This document shows, piece by piece, positions 25,794 to 26,969 of a stretch of 26,969 nucleotides of DNA (the first letter of the stretch is position 1; every line of letters begins with the position of its first letter). Under the pieces are notes generated by a model that worked only from the letters and a program-made list of their open reading frames with translations, searched no databases and was not told the DNA's origin. The position numbers and the translations under genes were made by a program. Source of the DNA: Candidatus Sumerlaeia bacterium. Its GTDB lineage: Bacteria; Sumerlaeota; Sumerlaeia; SLMS01. The DNA lies in the NCBI GenBank assembly GCA_038208905.1, contig JBBQYG010000044.1:1-26969 (forward strand), written 5' to 3'.

Positions 25794-25885
25794 TGAGATC
25801 ATCCCTTTGATGCGGGCGCCAAAGCCCCATCTTGTAAAGCGACTTGCCGATTGTGGCTTCCCCGGCCCCGCAAAGCGCAAACGGA

Positions 25886-26969
25886 TTATTTGAAGATAAA
25901 TGACTGCTCATAGACGGTCCCGTCGCCCGAAAGCGTCAGGACTTCCAGGATGTCGGACTTCAACCCGTCGTTGTGGGCCACCAGCGAATACGTTCCCGGG
26001 GTCAGGTGCCCGATGGCAAAGCGACCCTCGTTGTCTGCCTTTACGGTCCACTTCCACGAGTCGCGGAAGGCTGCCACGCCACTCTGCGGGGCGGAGAGTA
26101 GCTCCAGCGTCAGCTCCTGCTTCTTGACCGGCGTCTTCTCGTCGCTGCGCAGGAATAGCCCTTTCAGCGTAATCGACCCAGCCTTCACCACGATCTGGTT
26201 TTCCCGCCCCACCACGGACGTAACTCCGGCCCAGTTGGCCTTCTTGCCATCCGCCGTTGGCGCTGTCACGGAGATCAGGTAGTAGCCCTCGATCAGGTTC
26301 TCTACGGAGAAGCGCGAGCCGAAATCGTTGGTCATCGCGATCGGCGAGTTTGTCATCGGTTCCCGTGTCCCGCGAAGCGGATAGGCCACCACGAGCGCCC
26401 GGGAAATCTGCACCGTGCTGGGCCCCGCGAGCTGCACGATCAACTTCGAGTTCGCCCACAGCGCAACATCCTGCTCCGTGGGGCGCGTCGCCGAAACGAG
26501 CAGGTCGAGGCTACTGGCGACGCTCCGCTCGTGGAGCTTCCCGCTATAGGATACCATCTGCCCGCCGGGGATCAGGCCCCGTAGCGAGTAGCGCCCGCCG
26601 CCGTCAGTTGTCACGCGGCGAAAGTCGGTTCCGAGCGCCGCGCGGGCCTCCACCAAGATGCTCTTCGCGGGGTCGCCCACTCCATCCAGCACCTTTCCAA
26701 ACAAGATCGCGCCCGAATCCACTTCGATCGGATCGATTTCCGTTAAGTTGTTCCGCGTTACGCGGACGAGTTCCACAGACTTCGGCAAGTAGTCCGCATG
26801 AGTCAGTTCCAAGGTATAGATCCCCGGCACGACTGTATTGAACATCGCCACGCCGCTCACGTCCGTCTTCGCGGAAGGCCCGCCGGGAACCAGTTTTCCC
26901 ACCAGGCCCGGGATGGCCTCCTTCGTGGCGAGATTCACGGCGCGGAAGCGGAGCTTCCCTCCGATGGTC
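25886..26969 (-). CDS. large protein with carboxypeptidase-regulatory-like beta-sandwich repeats, 5' end beyond window
   Basis: Frame open to the window edge; repeated units TDVSGVAMF..PGIYTL, TTDGGGRYSLRGLIPG, ADNEGRFAIGHLTPGTYSL. Confidence 0.82.
   Translation of the reverse strand, partial: TIGGKLRFRAVNLATKEAIPGLVGKLVPGGPSAKTDVSGVAMFNTVVPGIYTLELTHADYLPKSVELVRVTRNNLTEIDPIEVDSGAILFGKVLDGVGDPAKSILVEARAALGTDFRRVTTDGGGRYSLRGLIPGGQMVSYSGKLHERSVASSLDLLVSATRPTEQDVALWANSKLIVQLAGPSTVQISRALVVAYPLRGTREPMTNSPIAMTNDFGSRFSVENLIEGYYLISVTAPTADGKKANWAGVTSVVGRENQIVVKAGSITLKGLFLRSDEKTPVKKQELTLELLSAPQSGVAAFRDSWKWTVKADNEGRFAIGHLTPGTYSLVAHNDGLKSDILEVLTLSGDGTVYEQSFIFK

Overview
High-GC, gene-dense bacterial chromosomal window. 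The prepilin-like gene and the C-terminal 'SSAQNWQMFE' tail resemble Ca. Sumerlaeota (BRC1) proteins as I recall them; this taxonomy is inference. Left to right: a 3'-truncated PilU/PilT ATPase with a long Pro-rich tail (minus strand, absent from the ORF track); a hypothetical secreted protein; RNase E; an unannotated 48-aa membrane protein; NAD kinase; and a class-A-beta-lactamase-fold lipoprotein. A co-oriented carbohydrate cluster follows (pilin-like protein, secreted protein with putative sorting tail, NPCBM-GH27 alpha-galactosidase, ADP-ribosylglycohydrolase-family protein, two sugar ABC permeases with no binding protein or ATPase). Next come a minus-strand tyrS/PfkB kinase/NDP-sugar epimerase run, a decayed type II toxin-antitoxin pair, and an operon of SpoIVB-like S55 peptidase, beta-propeller/FnIII protein and PDZ-DUF512 Fe-S protein. 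The window ends with an FHA-PilZ protein and a 5'-truncated carboxypeptidase-regulatory-like repeat protein. Heptamer (GGGGAAT-type) repeats occur at three gene junctions, twice as ~110-bp inverted-arm hairpins. No rRNA, tRNA, CRISPR array or transposase was seen.
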